Shown here: positions 12,121 through 30,082 of the stretch, piece after piece
Layout: each line of letters starts with the position of its first letter
Position numbering within the stretch: the first letter of the stretch is position 1
Source of the DNA: Macrostomum lignano
Taxonomy: Eukaryota
Reading direction: 5' to 3'
Length of the DNA stretch: 64,000 nt
NCBI GenBank assembly: GCA_002269645.1
Contig: NIVC01000753.1
Coordinates: forward strand, 1 to 64,000
The notes under the pieces: generated by a model
The model's input: only the letters and a program-made list of their open reading frames with translations
Database searches by the model: none
Told to the model about the DNA's origin: nothing
Position numbers and translations under genes: made by a program

Positions 12121-13548
12121 TAGAAATGTATAGGAAGCTGGAGAAGGGAGATGAAAGGCGGGTAAAGGAAAACAAATGGGACAGAAAAGCTAGCGAAGGA
12201 TCATCGGGGAACATGAGGATGCATCTAGCCAGGCAAAGGGATGACGAAGGATGAGCAGTTTGCCTTGAGCAACAAGTAGCAATGGGAGCTGAGATGCCCC
12301 AGTGCTCAGACAGAGAAGAAATACCACCGCCACAGCCCCGTGGATCAGCCAGTTCGACTCGATTTCCACTCGAAGCTGCGCCCCGAAAAATTTGCATAAA
12401 AGCGGCTCAGCAAGTCGCCGGTTTTGCCTGCGTCCGGCGCCGCTTGGATGCTGCGCCCCGGCCGGGAGGAAACCTTCATCATTTTGCTGACAGCATAAAT
12501 AACGCAATTTTTATAGCTGAGCAACTTTTGGCCATTTCAGAAGAAACAAAACTAGTTGCTATGGTAGCAGTTGATAGTCTGCTTGGAAGCTGCTCAAACG
12601 CTATCTTGTCACGTCTCATCTCAGATCTAATATCTCCAATCTGAAACAACGATTTTGAATCTCAAGGTTCCTAAATACTATTTTTTCTTATCTCCAGTCT
12701 CTCTAATCTTTCTAATTTAATCGTTACAAACTCTCTTATCTTTTATCTTTTAAATATCTAATCTCCTGTCTCTCTACTAGGCTCTAATCTCTGTAATATC
12801 TAATCTCTGTACTATTTAATCCCTGTAGTATCTAATTTCTCTAATCTCCTATCTCTGTAATCTCTAATCTCCCGGATATCAAATCTCTCTAGTCTCCTAT
12901 CTCTCGAATAGCTAATCTCTCAAAAACAAAGTCTGTCTAATCTCACTGCAATCTACTCTTTACCATATCAATTCGTTATAAGCTCACTTCTTTGCAAGGA
13001 ATTTAATGCTTTGCACAACTTTTTACACAAGTTCACCAATACTTAATTTAAATGTTAGACATAAAAAACGATTTTATTTTCAACTACTGACAGTAGAAAA
13101 ATATGAAAAAGTGACCTATTTTAATTAGACAGTCACGCAGATTCACGCAGCTAATTACAAACAGTCTATGCTGCCTTTCATCGGTGAGCTACAGTGCTCA
13201 GCGCCCAGAGACAGTTGTCAGTCCAGAGCAATCAGACAAAGTGGCAAATCGGGGGGACGGACACTCTCTAGTCCCTGGAAAGTCGCCACACACATTAATT
13301 AATGTTTCATAACCTTCACGGATGTCATGCGACCATGTGCGTGGTCACTCGGTTCGAAAACAATGGCAAAAATCCGCAGAGAGAATCCACCGAGCCATTG
13401 TCAGCTTCAATATCCGGATACAGAAGTTTGATTTATTGCTTCGGGGTACGAGTCAAAGCATGCCAAAATTGCGATCACGTGTCCAGTGCATCACATAATC
13501 AGCTTTCAAAATGTTTTAAGTTATTTGCGCCGATTATTGCCATTCTGT

Positions 13549-14875
13549 TTGCCTGTCTGTGTCTGTCCTAGTGTCTGTCTTAGTGTGTGTCCTAGTGTCT
13601 GTCTTAGTGTCTGTCCTAGTGTCTGTCTTAGTGTGTGTCCTAGTGTCTGTCTTAGTGTCTGTCCTAGTGTCTGTCTTAGTGTCTGTCTTAGTGTCTGTCC
13701 TAGTGTGTGTCCTAGTGTCTGTCTTAGTGTCTGTCCTAGTATCTGTCTTAGTATCTGTCCTAGTATCTGTCTTAGTGTCTGTCTTAGTGTCTGTCCTAGT
13801 GTCTGTCTTAGTGTCTGTCTTAGTGTGTGTCCTAGTGTCTGTCTTAGTGTCTGTCTTAGTGTCTGTCTTAGTGTCTGTCTTAGTGTGTGTCCTAGTGTCT
13901 GTCTTAGTGTGTGTCCTAGTGTCTGTCTTAGTGTCTGTCCTAGTGTCTGTCTTAGTGTCTGTCCTAGTGTCTGTCTTAGTGTCTGTCTTAGTGTCTGTCC
14001 TAGTGTCTGTCTTAGTGTCTATCTTAGTGTCTGTCTTAGTGTCTGTCTTAGTGTCTGTCTTAGTGTGTGTCCTAGTGTCTGTCTTAGTGTCTGTCCTAGT
14101 ATCTGTCTTAGTGTCTGTCCTAGTATCTGTCTTAGTGTCTGTCCTAGTGTCTGTCTTAGTGTCTGTCCTAGTGTCTGTCTTAGTGTCTGTCTTAGTGTGT
14201 GTCCTAGTGTCTGTCTTAGTGTCTGTCCTAGTATCTGTCTTAGTGTCTGTCCTAGTATCTGTCTTAGTGTCTGTCTTAGTGTGTGTCCTAGTGTCTGTCT
14301 TAGTGTCTGTCTTAGTGTGTGTCCTAGTGTCTGTCTTAGTGTCTGTCTTAGTGTCTGTCCTAGTATCTGTCTTAGTGTCTGTCTTAGTGTGTGTCCTAGT
14401 ATCTGTCTTAGTGTCTGTCCTAGTGTCTGTCCTAGTGTCTGTCCTAGTGTGTGTCCTAGTGTCTGTCTTAGTGTCTGTCCTAGTATCTGTCTTAGTGTCT
14501 GTCCTAGTATCTGTCTTAGTGTCTGTCTTAGTGTCTGTCTTAGTGTCTGTCCTAGTGTCTGTCTTAGTGTCTGTCCTAGTGTCTGTCCTAGTGTCTGTCT
14601 TAGTGTCTGTCCTAGTATCTGTCTTAGTGTCTGTCCTAGTATCTGTCTTAGTGTCTGTCTTAGTGTGTGTCCTAGTGTCTGTCTTAGTGTCTGTCTTAGT
14701 GTGTGTCCTAGTGTCTGTCTTAGTGTCTGTCTTAGTGTCTGTCCTAGTATCTGTCTTAGTGTCTGTCTTAGTGTGTGTCCTAGTATCTGTCTTAGTGTCT
14801 GTCCTAGTGTCTGTCCTAGTGTCTGTCCTAGTGTCTGTCCTAGTGTCTGTCCTAGTGTCTGTCTCAGTGTCTGTC
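13549..14875. repeat. 12-bp satellite (YTAGTGTCTGTC)n
   Basis: Visible 12-bp period, about 110 copies; it explains ORFs 13486-15113. Confidence 0.95.
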
Positions 14876-15242
14876 CTCTTAGTATCTTTATAGTGTATTT
14901 ATAGTGTATGCACCTTCTTCTATTTCGCAGGCTGCAGCACTTGTAAATATTTATGGCTTCTAAGAAAATTATTTTCTCCGAAGCGCTGGCTGGCTTGAAT
15001 CCACCGGCCCTGCTGCAGCACTCGCATTCCACGGCAATAAACTTAGTTCGAATCCATGCGCTGCTGCTACTTGCAAATTCCGGCCAGTTCAAATATAAAA
15101 TTTTGCGGCCCATTTAATTCAATGTGGGACGCCCTTCAAGCATAAAAGTTCCCACGGCTGTCGAAGTGCAAAACGAAGCGGCTGCGTTCGCTTGGTGGCC
15201 AAAATGCCGTAACACAGAGAAACACAGAACGGAGTAACGGGG

Positions 15243-16753
<1,511 letters not shown>

Positions 16754-17200
16754 CGCTACCCCAGCAATCGGGCAATCGGGGCTGCTGAACCGGACACAGT
16801 TCACAAACCCGTTCTCCCAATCAAACTGATGGAGTTGGACACGCATGCCCGCCCTGAGTCCGGCCCCGGGCTTCGCTTGCACCTTCCGCGTTGCAAGCGC
16901 CTTTATTCGATCGTGTCTTTCGAGGCGCGGGCGGTGAAATTATCGAATTTCCTTCAAATTATTTCCCGTAGAATCTGGAAATCTGGGAACCCGGTGTCCC
17001 AGCTTCCAGAGAACTGGCCCAACAAGGCAATCTGGAAATCGATTCCCCAGCTACTCGGCTCCCTCAGCACTGATTCAGCTGGCGTCCTGCCACATCAAAT
17101 CTGCATTGCTGCTATGCCACATTGAATCTGCTCAAAACACGGGTACTGTGCTCTTCCATAGTGCTTACATCTGATCCTTGTTCTCCTTGTTCTCTCTCTT

Positions 17201-18715
17201 TTAGGGAGATCTCTGTCGCTCTTATAGGGAGATCTCTATCTCTCTTATAGGGAGATCTCTATCTCTCTTATAGGGAGATCTCTGTCTCTCTTATAGGGAG
17301 ATCTCTGTCTCTCTTATAGGGAGATCTCTATCTCTCTTATAGGGAGATCTCTGTCTCTCTTATAGGGAGATCTCTGTCTCTCTTATAGGGAGATCTCTGT
17401 CTCTCTCGTATCATAGGGAGATCTCTATCTCTCTTATAGGGAGATCTCTGTCTCTCTTATAGGGAGATCTCTGTCGCTCTTATAGGGAGATCTCTATCTC
17501 TCTTATAGGGAGATCTCTGTCTCTCTTATAGGGAGATCTCTGTCGCTCTTATAGGGAGATCTCTGTCTCTCTCGTATCATAGGGAGATCTCTGTCTCTCT
17601 TATAGGGAGATCTCTGTCTCTCTTATAGGGAGATCTCTATCTCTCTTATAGGGAGATCTCTGTCTCTCTTATAGGGAGATCTCTGTCTCTCTTATAGGGA
17701 GATCTCTGTCTCTCTCACAGGGAGATCTCTGTCTCTCTCATAGGGAGATCTCTATCTCTCTTATAGGGAGATCTCTGTCGCTCTTATAGGGAGATCTCTG
17801 TCTCTCTTATAGGGAGATCTCTATCTCTCTTATAGGGAGATCTCTGTCTCTCTTATAGGGAGATCTCTGTCTCTCTTATAGGGAGATCTCTGTCTCTCTC
17901 GTATCATAGGGAGATCTCTGTCTCTCTTATAGGGAGATCTCTGTCGCTCTTATAGGGAGATCTCTATCTCTCTTATAGGGAGATCTCTGTCGCTCTTATA
18001 GAGAGATCTCTGTCTCTCTCGTATCATAGGGAGATCTCTGTCTCTCTTATAGGGAGATCTCTGTCGCTCTTATAGGGAGATCTCTATCTCTCTTATAGGG
18101 AGATCTCTGTCGCTCTTATAGGGAGATCTCTATCTCTCTTATAGGGAGATCTCTGTCCCTCTTATAGGGAGATCTCTGTCTCTCTTATAGGGAGATCTCT
18201 ATCTCTCTTATAGGGAGATCTCTATCTCTCTTATAGGGAGATCTCTGTCGCTCTTATAGGGAGATCTCTATCTCTCTTATAGGGAGATCTCTGTCGCTCT
18301 TATAGGGAGATCTCTATCTCTCTTATAGGGAGATCTCTGTCGCTCTTATAGGGAGATCTCTATCTCTCTTATAGGGAGATCTCTGTCTCTCTTATAGGGA
18401 GATCTCTATCTCTCTTATAGGGAGATCTCTGTCTCTCTTATAGGGAGATCTCTGTCTCTCTTATAGGGAGATCTCTATCTCTCTTATAGGGAGATCTCTG
18501 TCTCTCTTATAGGGAGATCTCTGTCTCTCTTATAGGGAGATCTCTGTCTCTCTTATAGGGAGATCTCTATCTCTCTTATAGGGAGATCTCTATCTCTCTT
18601 ATAGGGAGATCTCTGTCTCTCTTATAGGGAGATCTCTGTCTCGCTTATAGGGAGATCTCTGTCTCTCTCACAGGGAGATCTCTGTCTCTCTCATAGGGAG
18701 ATCTCTGTCTCTCTC
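17201..18715. repeat. 23-bp minisatellite (TAGGGAGATCTCTRTCTCTCTTA)n, copy 1 (copies at ~20901-22415 and ~24868-26382)
   Basis: Visible 23-bp period, about 65 units per array. Confidence 0.95.
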
Positions 18716-19276
18716 CTATCTCTAATCTCTCCCATCTCTAAACTCTCCCATCTCTGCCTCCATTTCTCTTAGGGCTCCTTTGTGAGCCTGGAGTCAAATG
18801 GGTGTTAGCCATCCACCCCTCCTCGCGCTGTACTTTGTGCCGCCTTTGTGCGCCGCTTATTTATCTGCGCACCGCCCTCTGTGCCACGTCGCTCGCACTG
18901 GCTTTGCAGCTCAAAATTGGTTAATAACCTCTTCCATCTCTAAAATCTCCCATTCTAATCTCTTCCATCTCTTCCATCTCCCATTCTAATCTCTTCCATC
19001 TCTAATCTTTCCCATTCCAATCTCTTTCATGTCTAATCTCTACCATCTCTAATCTCTCTCATCTCTAAATTCTCCCATCTCTAAACTATCCCATCCCTAA
19101 ACTCTCCCATTCTAATCTCTCCCATCTCTAATCTCTCTCATCTCTAGTCTCTCCCATCTCTAAACTCTCCCATTCTAATCTCTCTTATCTCTAGTCTCTC
19201 TCATCTCTAATCTCTCCCATCTCTAATCTCACCTATGTCTAATCTCTCCTATGTTTCGCATTCACTATCTCTAATT

Positions 19277-19707
<431 letters not shown>

Positions 19708-19739
19708 GTCTGTCTATCTATCTATCTATCTATCTATCC

Positions 19740-20218
<479 letters not shown>

Positions 20219-20230
20219 CATCTATCATCC

Positions 20231-20377
<147 letters not shown>

Positions 20378-22976
20378 CATCTATCCATCTATCCATCTAT
20401 CCATCTATCCATCTATCTATCCATCTATTCATCTATCCATCTATCCATCTATCGCTACCCCAGCAATCGGGCAATCGGGGCTGCTGAACCGGACACAGTT
20501 CACAAACCCGTTCTCCCAATCAAACTGATGGAGTTGGACACGCATGCCCGCCCTGAGTCCGGCCCCGGGCTTCGCTTGCACCTTCCGCGTTGCAAGCGCC
20601 TTTATTCGATCGTGTCTTTCGAGGCGCGGGCGGTGAAATTATCGAATTTCCTTCAAATTATTTCCCGTAGAATCTGGAAATCTGGGAACCCGGTGTCCCA
20701 GCTTCCCAGAGAACTGGCCCAACAAGGCAATCTGGAAATCGATTCCCCAGCTACTCGGCTCCCTCAGCACTGATTCAGCTGGCGTCCTGCCACATCAAAT
20801 CTGCATTGCTGCTATGCCACATTGAATCTGCTCAAAACACGGGTACTGTGCTCTTCCATAGTGCTTACATCTGATCCTTGTTCTCCTTGTTCTCTCTCTT
20901 TTAGGGAGATCTCTGTCGCTCTTATAGGGAGATCTCTATCTCTCTTATAGGGAGATCTCTATCTCTCTTATAGGGAGATCTCTGTCTCTCTTATAGGGAG
21001 ATCTCTGTCTCTCTTATAGGGAGATCTCTATCTCTCTTATAGGGAGATCTCTGTCTCTCTTATAGGGAGATCTCTGTCTCTCTTATAGGGAGATCTCTGT
21101 CTCTCTCGTATCATAGGGAGATCTCTATCTCTCTTATAGGGAGATCTCTGTCTCTCTTATAGGGAGATCTCTGTCGCTCTTATAGGGAGATCTCTATCTC
21201 TCTTATAGGGAGATCTCTGTCTCTCTTATAGGGAGATCTCTGTCGCTCTTATAGGGAGATCTCTGTCTCTCTCGTATCATAGGGAGATCTCTGTCTCTCT
21301 TATAGGGAGATCTCTGTCTCTCTTATAGGGAGATCTCTATCTCTCTTATAGGGAGATCTCTGTCTCTCTTATAGGGAGATCTCTGTCTCTCTTATAGGGA
21401 GATCTCTGTCTCTCTCACAGGGAGATCTCTGTCTCTCTCATAGGGAGATCTCTATCTCTCTTATAGGGAGATCTCTGTCGCTCTTATAGGGAGATCTCTG
21501 TCTCTCTTATAGGGAGATCTCTATCTCTCTTATAGGGAGATCTCTGTCTCTCTTATAGGGAGATCTCTGTCTCTCTTATAGGGAGATCTCTGTCTCTCTC
21601 GTATCATAGGGAGATCTCTGTCTCTCTTATAGGGAGATCTCTGTCGCTCTTATAGGGAGATCTCTATCTCTCTTATAGGGAGATCTCTGTCGCTCTTATA
21701 GAGAGATCTCTGTCTCTCTCGTATCATAGGGAGATCTCTGTCTCTCTTATAGGGAGATCTCTGTCGCTCTTATAGGGAGATCTCTATCTCTCTTATAGGG
21801 AGATCTCTGTCGCTCTTATAGGGAGATCTCTATCTCTCTTATAGGGAGATCTCTGTCCCTCTTATAGGGAGATCTCTGTCTCTCTTATAGGGAGATCTCT
21901 ATCTCTCTTATAGGGAGATCTCTATCTCTCTTATAGGGAGATCTCTGTCGCTCTTATAGGGAGATCTCTATCTCTCTTATAGGGAGATCTCTGTCGCTCT
22001 TATAGGGAGATCTCTATCTCTCTTATAGGGAGATCTCTGTCGCTCTTATAGGGAGATCTCTATCTCTCTTATAGGGAGATCTCTGTCTCTCTTATAGGGA
22101 GATCTCTATCTCTCTTATAGGGAGATCTCTGTCTCTCTTATAGGGAGATCTCTGTCTCTCTTATAGGGAGATCTCTATCTCTCTTATAGGGAGATCTCTG
22201 TCTCTCTTATAGGGAGATCTCTGTCTCTCTTATAGGGAGATCTCTGTCTCTCTTATAGGGAGATCTCTATCTCTCTTATAGGGAGATCTCTATCTCTCTT
22301 ATAGGGAGATCTCTGTCTCTCTTATAGGGAGATCTCTGTCTCGCTTATAGGGAGATCTCTGTCTCTCTCACAGGGAGATCTCTGTCTCTCTCATAGGGAG
22401 ATCTCTGTCTCTCTCCTATCTCTAATCTCTCCCATCTCTAAACTCTCCCATCTCTGCCTCCATTTCTCTTAGGGCTCCTTTGTGAGCCTGGAGTCAAATG
22501 GGTGTTAGCCATCCACCCCTCCTCGCGCTGTACTTTGTGCCGCCTTTGTGCGCCGCTTATTTATCTGCGCACCGCCCTCTGTGCCACGTCGCTCGCACTG
22601 GCTTTGCAGCTCAAAATTGGTTAATAACCTCTTCCATCTCTAAAATCTCCCATTCTAATCTCTTCCATCTCTTCCATCTCCCATTCTAATCTCTTCCATC
22701 TCTAATCTTTCCCATTCCAATCTCTTTCATGTCTAATCTCTACCATCTCTAATCTCTCTCATCTCTAAATTCTCCCATCTCTAAACTATCCCATCCCTAA
22801 ACTCTCCCATTCTAATCTCTCCCATCTCTAATCTCTCTCATCTCTAGTCTCTCCCATCTCTAAACTCTCCCATTCTAATCTCTCTTATCTCTAGTCTCTC
22901 TCATCTCTAATCTCTCCCATCTCTAATCTCACCTATGTCTAATCTCTCCTATGTTTCGCATTCACTATCTCTAATT

Positions 22977-23591
<615 letters not shown>

Positions 23592-23592
23592 G

Positions 23593-23687
<95 letters not shown>

Positions 23688-23719
23688 GTCTGTCTATCTA
23701 TCTATCTATCTATCTATCC

Positions 23720-24178
<459 letters not shown>

Positions 24179-24203
24179 CATCTATCTATCCATCTATCAT
24201 CTG

Positions 24204-24325
<122 letters not shown>

Positions 24326-27300
24326 CATCTATCTATCTATCTATCCATCTATCCATCTATCCATCTATCCATCTATCCATCTATCTATCCATCTATTCAT
24401 CTATCCATCTATCCATCTATCGCTACCCCAGCAATCGGGCAATCGGGGCTGCTGAACCGGACACAGTTCACAAACCCGTTCTCCCAATCAAACTGATGGA
24501 GTTGGACACGCATGCCCGCCCTGAGTCCGGCCCGGGCTTCGCTTGCACCTTCCGCGTTGCAAGCGCCTTTATTCGATCGTGTCTTTCGAGGCGCGGGCGG
24601 TGAAATTATCGAATTTCCTTCAAATTATTTCCCGTAGAATCTGGAAATCTGGGAACCCGGTGTCCCAGCTTCCCAGAGAACTGGCCCAACAAGGCAATCT
24701 GGAAATCGATTCCCCAGCTACTCGGCTCCCTCAGCACTGATTCAGCTGGCGTCCTGCCACATCAAATCTGCATTGCTGCTATGCCACATTGAATCTGCTC
24801 AAAACACGGGTACTGTGCTCTTCCATAGTGCTTACATCTGATCCTTGTTCTCCTTGTTCTCTCTCTTTTAGGGAGATCTCTGTCGCTCTTATAGGGAGAT
24901 CTCTATCTCTCTTATAGGGAGATCTCTATCTCTCTTATAGGGAGATCTCTGTCTCTCTTATAGGGAGATCTCTGTCTCTCTTATAGGGAGATCTCTATCT
25001 CTCTTATAGGGAGATCTCTGTCTCTCTTATAGGGAGATCTCTGTCTCTCTTATAGGGAGATCTCTGTCTCTCTCGTATCATAGGGAGATCTCTATCTCTC
25101 TTATAGGGAGATCTCTGTCTCTCTTATAGGGAGATCTCTGTCGCTCTTATAGGGAGATCTCTATCTCTCTTATAGGGAGATCTCTGTCTCTCTTATAGGG
25201 AGATCTCTGTCGCTCTTATAGGGAGATCTCTGTCTCTCTCGTATCATAGGGAGATCTCTGTCTCTCTTATAGGGAGATCTCTGTCTCTCTTATAGGGAGA
25301 TCTCTATCTCTCTTATAGGGAGATCTCTGTCTCTCTTATAGGGAGATCTCTGTCTCTCTTATAGGGAGATCTCTGTCTCTCTCACAGGGAGATCTCTGTC
25401 TCTCTCATAGGGAGATCTCTATCTCTCTTATAGGGAGATCTCTGTCGCTCTTATAGGGAGATCTCTGTCTCTCTTATAGGGAGATCTCTATCTCTCTTAT
25501 AGGGAGATCTCTGTCTCTCTTATAGGGAGATCTCTGTCTCTCTTATAGGGAGATCTCTGTCTCTCTCGTATCATAGGGAGATCTCTGTCTCTCTTATAGG
25601 GAGATCTCTGTCGCTCTTATAGGGAGATCTCTATCTCTCTTATAGGGAGATCTCTGTCGCTCTTATAGAGAGATCTCTGTCTCTCTCGTATCATAGGGAG
25701 ATCTCTGTCTCTCTTATAGGGAGATCTCTGTCGCTCTTATAGGGAGATCTCTATCTCTCTTATAGGGAGATCTCTGTCGCTCTTATAGGGAGATCTTTAT
25801 CTCTCTTATAGGGAGATCTCTGTCCCTCTTATAGGGAGATCTCTGTCTCTCTTATAGGGAGATCTCTATCTCTCTTATAGGGAGATCTCTATCTCTCTTA
25901 TAGGGAGATCTCTGTCGCTCTTATAGGGAGATCTCTATCTCTCTTATAGGGAGATCTCTGTCGCTCTTATAGGGAGATCTCTATCTCTCTTATAGGGAGA
26001 TCTCTGTCGCTCTTATAGGGAGATCTCTATCTCTCTTATAGGGAGATCTCTGTCTCTCTTATAGGGAGATCTCTATCTCTCTTATAGGGAGATCTCTGTC
26101 TCTCTTATAGGGAGATCTCTGTCTCTCTTATAGGGAGATCTCTATCTCTCTTATAGGGAGATCTCTGTCTCTCTTATAGGGAGATCTCTGTCTCTCTTAT
26201 AGGGAGATCTCTGTCTCTCTTATAGGGAGATCTCTATCTCTCTTATAGGGAGATCTCTATCTCTCTTATAGGGAGATCTCTGTCTCTCTTATAGGGAGAT
26301 CTCTGTCTCGCTTATAGGGAGATCTCTGTCTCTCTCACAGGGAGATCTCTGTCTCTCTCATAGGGAGATCTCTGTCTCTCTCCTATCTCTAATCTCTCCC
26401 ATCTCTAAACTCTCCCATCTCTGCCTCCATTTCTCTTAGGGCTCCTTTGTGAGCCTGGAGTCAAATGGGTGTTAGCCATCCACCCCTCCTCGCGCTGTAC
26501 TTTGTGCCGCCTTTGTGCGCCGCTTATTTATCTGCGCACCGCCCTCTGTGCCACGTCGCTCGCACTGGCTTTGCAGCTCAAAATTGGTTAATAACCTCTT
26601 CCATCTCTAAAATCTCCCATTCTAATCTCTTCCATCTCTTCCATCTCCCATTCTAATCTCTTCCATCTCTAATCTTTCCCATTCCAATCTCTTTCATGTC
26701 TAATCTCTACCATCTCTAATCTCTCTCATCTCTAAATTCTCCCATCTCTAAACTATCCCATCCCTAAACTCTCCCATTCTAATCTCTCCCATCTCTAATC
26801 TCTCTCATCTCTAGTCTCTCCCATCTCTAAACTCTCCCATTCTAATCTCTCTTATCTCTAGTCTCTCTCATCTCTAATCTCTCCCATCTCTAATCTCACC
26901 TATGTCTAATCTCTCCTATGTTTCGCATTCACTATCTCTAATTTCTCCCACCTTCTTAAGTCTTCTCCTATTTTTAAGTTCAATTCTTTTTTCTCTCTAA
27001 CATTAATGTTATCAATGCTCTCGAATCTCGAATCTCCTCCTCTCTCCTCTATCCCCACATCTTTACCATGCCCACCACCTTCAATTACTTTCATCTCTAC
27101 GATCCCGTCCGATTCTCCGATGGAGCTAGTAAAAAACGGTAGAAATGGATTGCTCAATAAAGAATTGAGCAGCCTGTAATCCCCAGAGGCGATAAACAAT
27201 CTCATAGCCACATCAGATTGCAAAAAAATATTTTCTGAAGAATTGGAAATTAAACTCGAGACTAAATATTCCCTTCGCATTAAAATTCGAGTGTGAAAGT

Positions 27301-27414
27301 CAATCTGTTTGCTACTGGCTTCATCTAATCGGGCATCAGAATCGCGCCTCGGACAGCATCTTCTTCATCTCGAGCCGCAGTGAGGCAGAAGCCAATTTTA
27401 TGCCAAAGGTGAGA

Positions 27415-27680
27415 TTTTAGCACCAATTTGGCGCCAATAAAGCGCTAATTTAGCGCCAATTTAGCATCAATTTAGCGCCAATTTAGCGCCAATTTAGCAC
27501 TAATTCAGCGCCAATTTAGCACCAATTCAGCGACAAATTTGCGCAAATTTAGCGCCGATTTTTCGTCGATTTTAGCCAATTTAGCCAATTTAGCTAGACG
27601 TGAGACTTTAGCGCCAATTTAGCGCCCAGTTAGCGCCAGTCTAGCATCAAAAACGAGATTTTAGCGCCGATTTAGCGCCT
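27415..27680. repeat. Degenerate ~11-bp (TTTAGCGCCAA) repeat cluster
   Basis: Visible motif reiteration; same core as the 28070-28500 array. Confidence 0.8.
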
Positions 27681-28067
27681 AAGGCGAGATTTAACCGCCA
27701 AACGAGAGGCAAAAAACAAGATAAAATTTCAGCTTTTGAATTTGTGTTCCTACTACTATTAACTAATTTATTGAGAAATAATTGTAAAAATTAAAATCCT
27801 AAATTCTGTGCCGACTGACTCCAGCCGCCCCTCCCTCTTGGCTAAGCCACCGCAGTGAGGCTCCAAGCAGTTTGCCTTCCTTTTAGTTAAAGTGAAAAAT
27901 GAAAATGAATTAAATAGATGAAGCTGCCAGTTGCCAGTTGCCACTGATTCTTATCAGCCCTTTTAAAATCCGATTTCATAACTACAGGGTAAGGTTGCAC
28001 CGGCTGACAAATGCACAGTTTTATCCGAGTGGCCGGGTGGAAAACTTTCTAACAGCAAACTTCTTTT

Positions 28068-28500
28068 TAGCGCCGAGATTTTAGCGCCAATCTAGCGCCT
28101 CAGCCAAGATTTTAGTGCCAGTATAGCGCCTCAGCCAAGATTTTAGTGCCAGTATAGCGCCTCAGCCAAGATTTTAGCGCCAATCTAGCGCCTCAGCCAA
28201 GATTTTAGCGCCAATCTAGCGCCTCAGCCAAGATTTTAGCGCCAATTTAGCGCCTCAGCCAAGATTTTAGCGCCAATCTAGCGCGTGAGCCAAGATTTTA
28301 GCGCCAATCTAGCGCGTGAGCCAAGATTTTAGCGCCAATCTAGCGCCTCAGCCAAGATTTTAGCGCCAATTTAGCGCCTCAGCCAAGATTTTAGCGCCAA
28401 TTTAGCGCCTCAGCCAAGATTTTAGCGCCAATTTAGCGCCTCAGCCATGATTTTAGCGCCAATCTAGCGCGTGAGCCAAGATTTTAGCGCCAATCTAGCG
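28068..28500. repeat. 31-bp minisatellite (GATTTTAGCGCCAATCTAGCGCCTCAGCCAA)n
   Basis: 31-bp period (e.g. 28201 to 28232), about 13 copies. Confidence 0.92.
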
Positions 28501-29070
28501 TCGAAAGCAAGATCTTTTTGAACAGAGAATCAGCCCACAGCTGTTTGAATATGAGTAATTTGGAGGAAGAGTTGCTGCTCCAGGCTCTGCTTCTGGGTCT
28601 CACTGGCAACACGCTGGGGAAACTCCGGCAACGGAGAAGAAATGAAAATCCCTTCGGGATGAAGCCGAAGCCGGCCCAGCGGATCCCGATCAACCCTTCC
28701 TCTTCCAATTAGGGATTTCGACTCGGTCGCAAAAGGGGATAAATCAAGGGGGATCGCGCCTTCGTTCCCCCTTACTGTGCGATCTGTGAAGGGAAAAACA
28801 CAGCAGCCCCTGCCAATCCTTTAGACTCGGGTGAGCACTTCTGCCACTTGCACTCTGTCTACTCGCTCACTGCTGCCCAACGCACCTCACGCCCTTCTCA
28901 ATCCTTCTGCGCCCGGTTTCCTCTCGGGTTCTTTCCGTCTTCCTTTCTCTTTCTCTCTGTCGAAACTCCCAATTAAAGATGGCTTGTTGAGAGCCCTTGC
29001 GAGCGAATTTGCGGCCGCTTTGTGACTTTTCCGTTCTCTAGCTTCTCTGACTGACTTTCTAGGCGTCGGC

Positions 29071-29800
<730 letters not shown>

Positions 29801-29991
29801 CATGTCCTGTCCCGTCCTTTTATGTCCTTTCCTGTCCGCTGAGTTTATCCGTCTCCTAACGTCGCCGTATCTAATTTACTGTATGACAGTGTCAAAAATG
29901 CACTCCCCCAGCAGTTTCGCGGCCGCATTGGAGGGCTCGCTGGGCGGCCAATCCCGCAAGCCGACCCTGCCTGGCCGTGTGCAGTGCGGCC

Positions 29992-29998
29992 TATAAAA
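29992..29998 (+). promoter_or_regulatory. Candidate TATA box for the GPCR gene
   Basis: TATAAAA in a GC-rich context about 85 bp upstream of the ATG at 30083. Confidence 0.3.
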
Positions 29999-30082
29999 AC
30001 CGATGGTTTCTGAAAGTCCCGTCCCGAATTGCGACGAAAACAGACGAGCACCACGCTGACCCGAGCGAGCCAGCAGCTCCGA

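Noticed and set aside
10205-13571. Short ORFs upstream of stonin
   Set aside because: Low-complexity or promoter/UTR-like sequence with no motifs and no supported splice chain.
26906-27290. 124-aa minus-strand ORF and a short plus-strand frame (EAINNLIA...RIKIRV)
   Set aside because: No recognisable homology; part of it derives from CT-rich low-complexity DNA.
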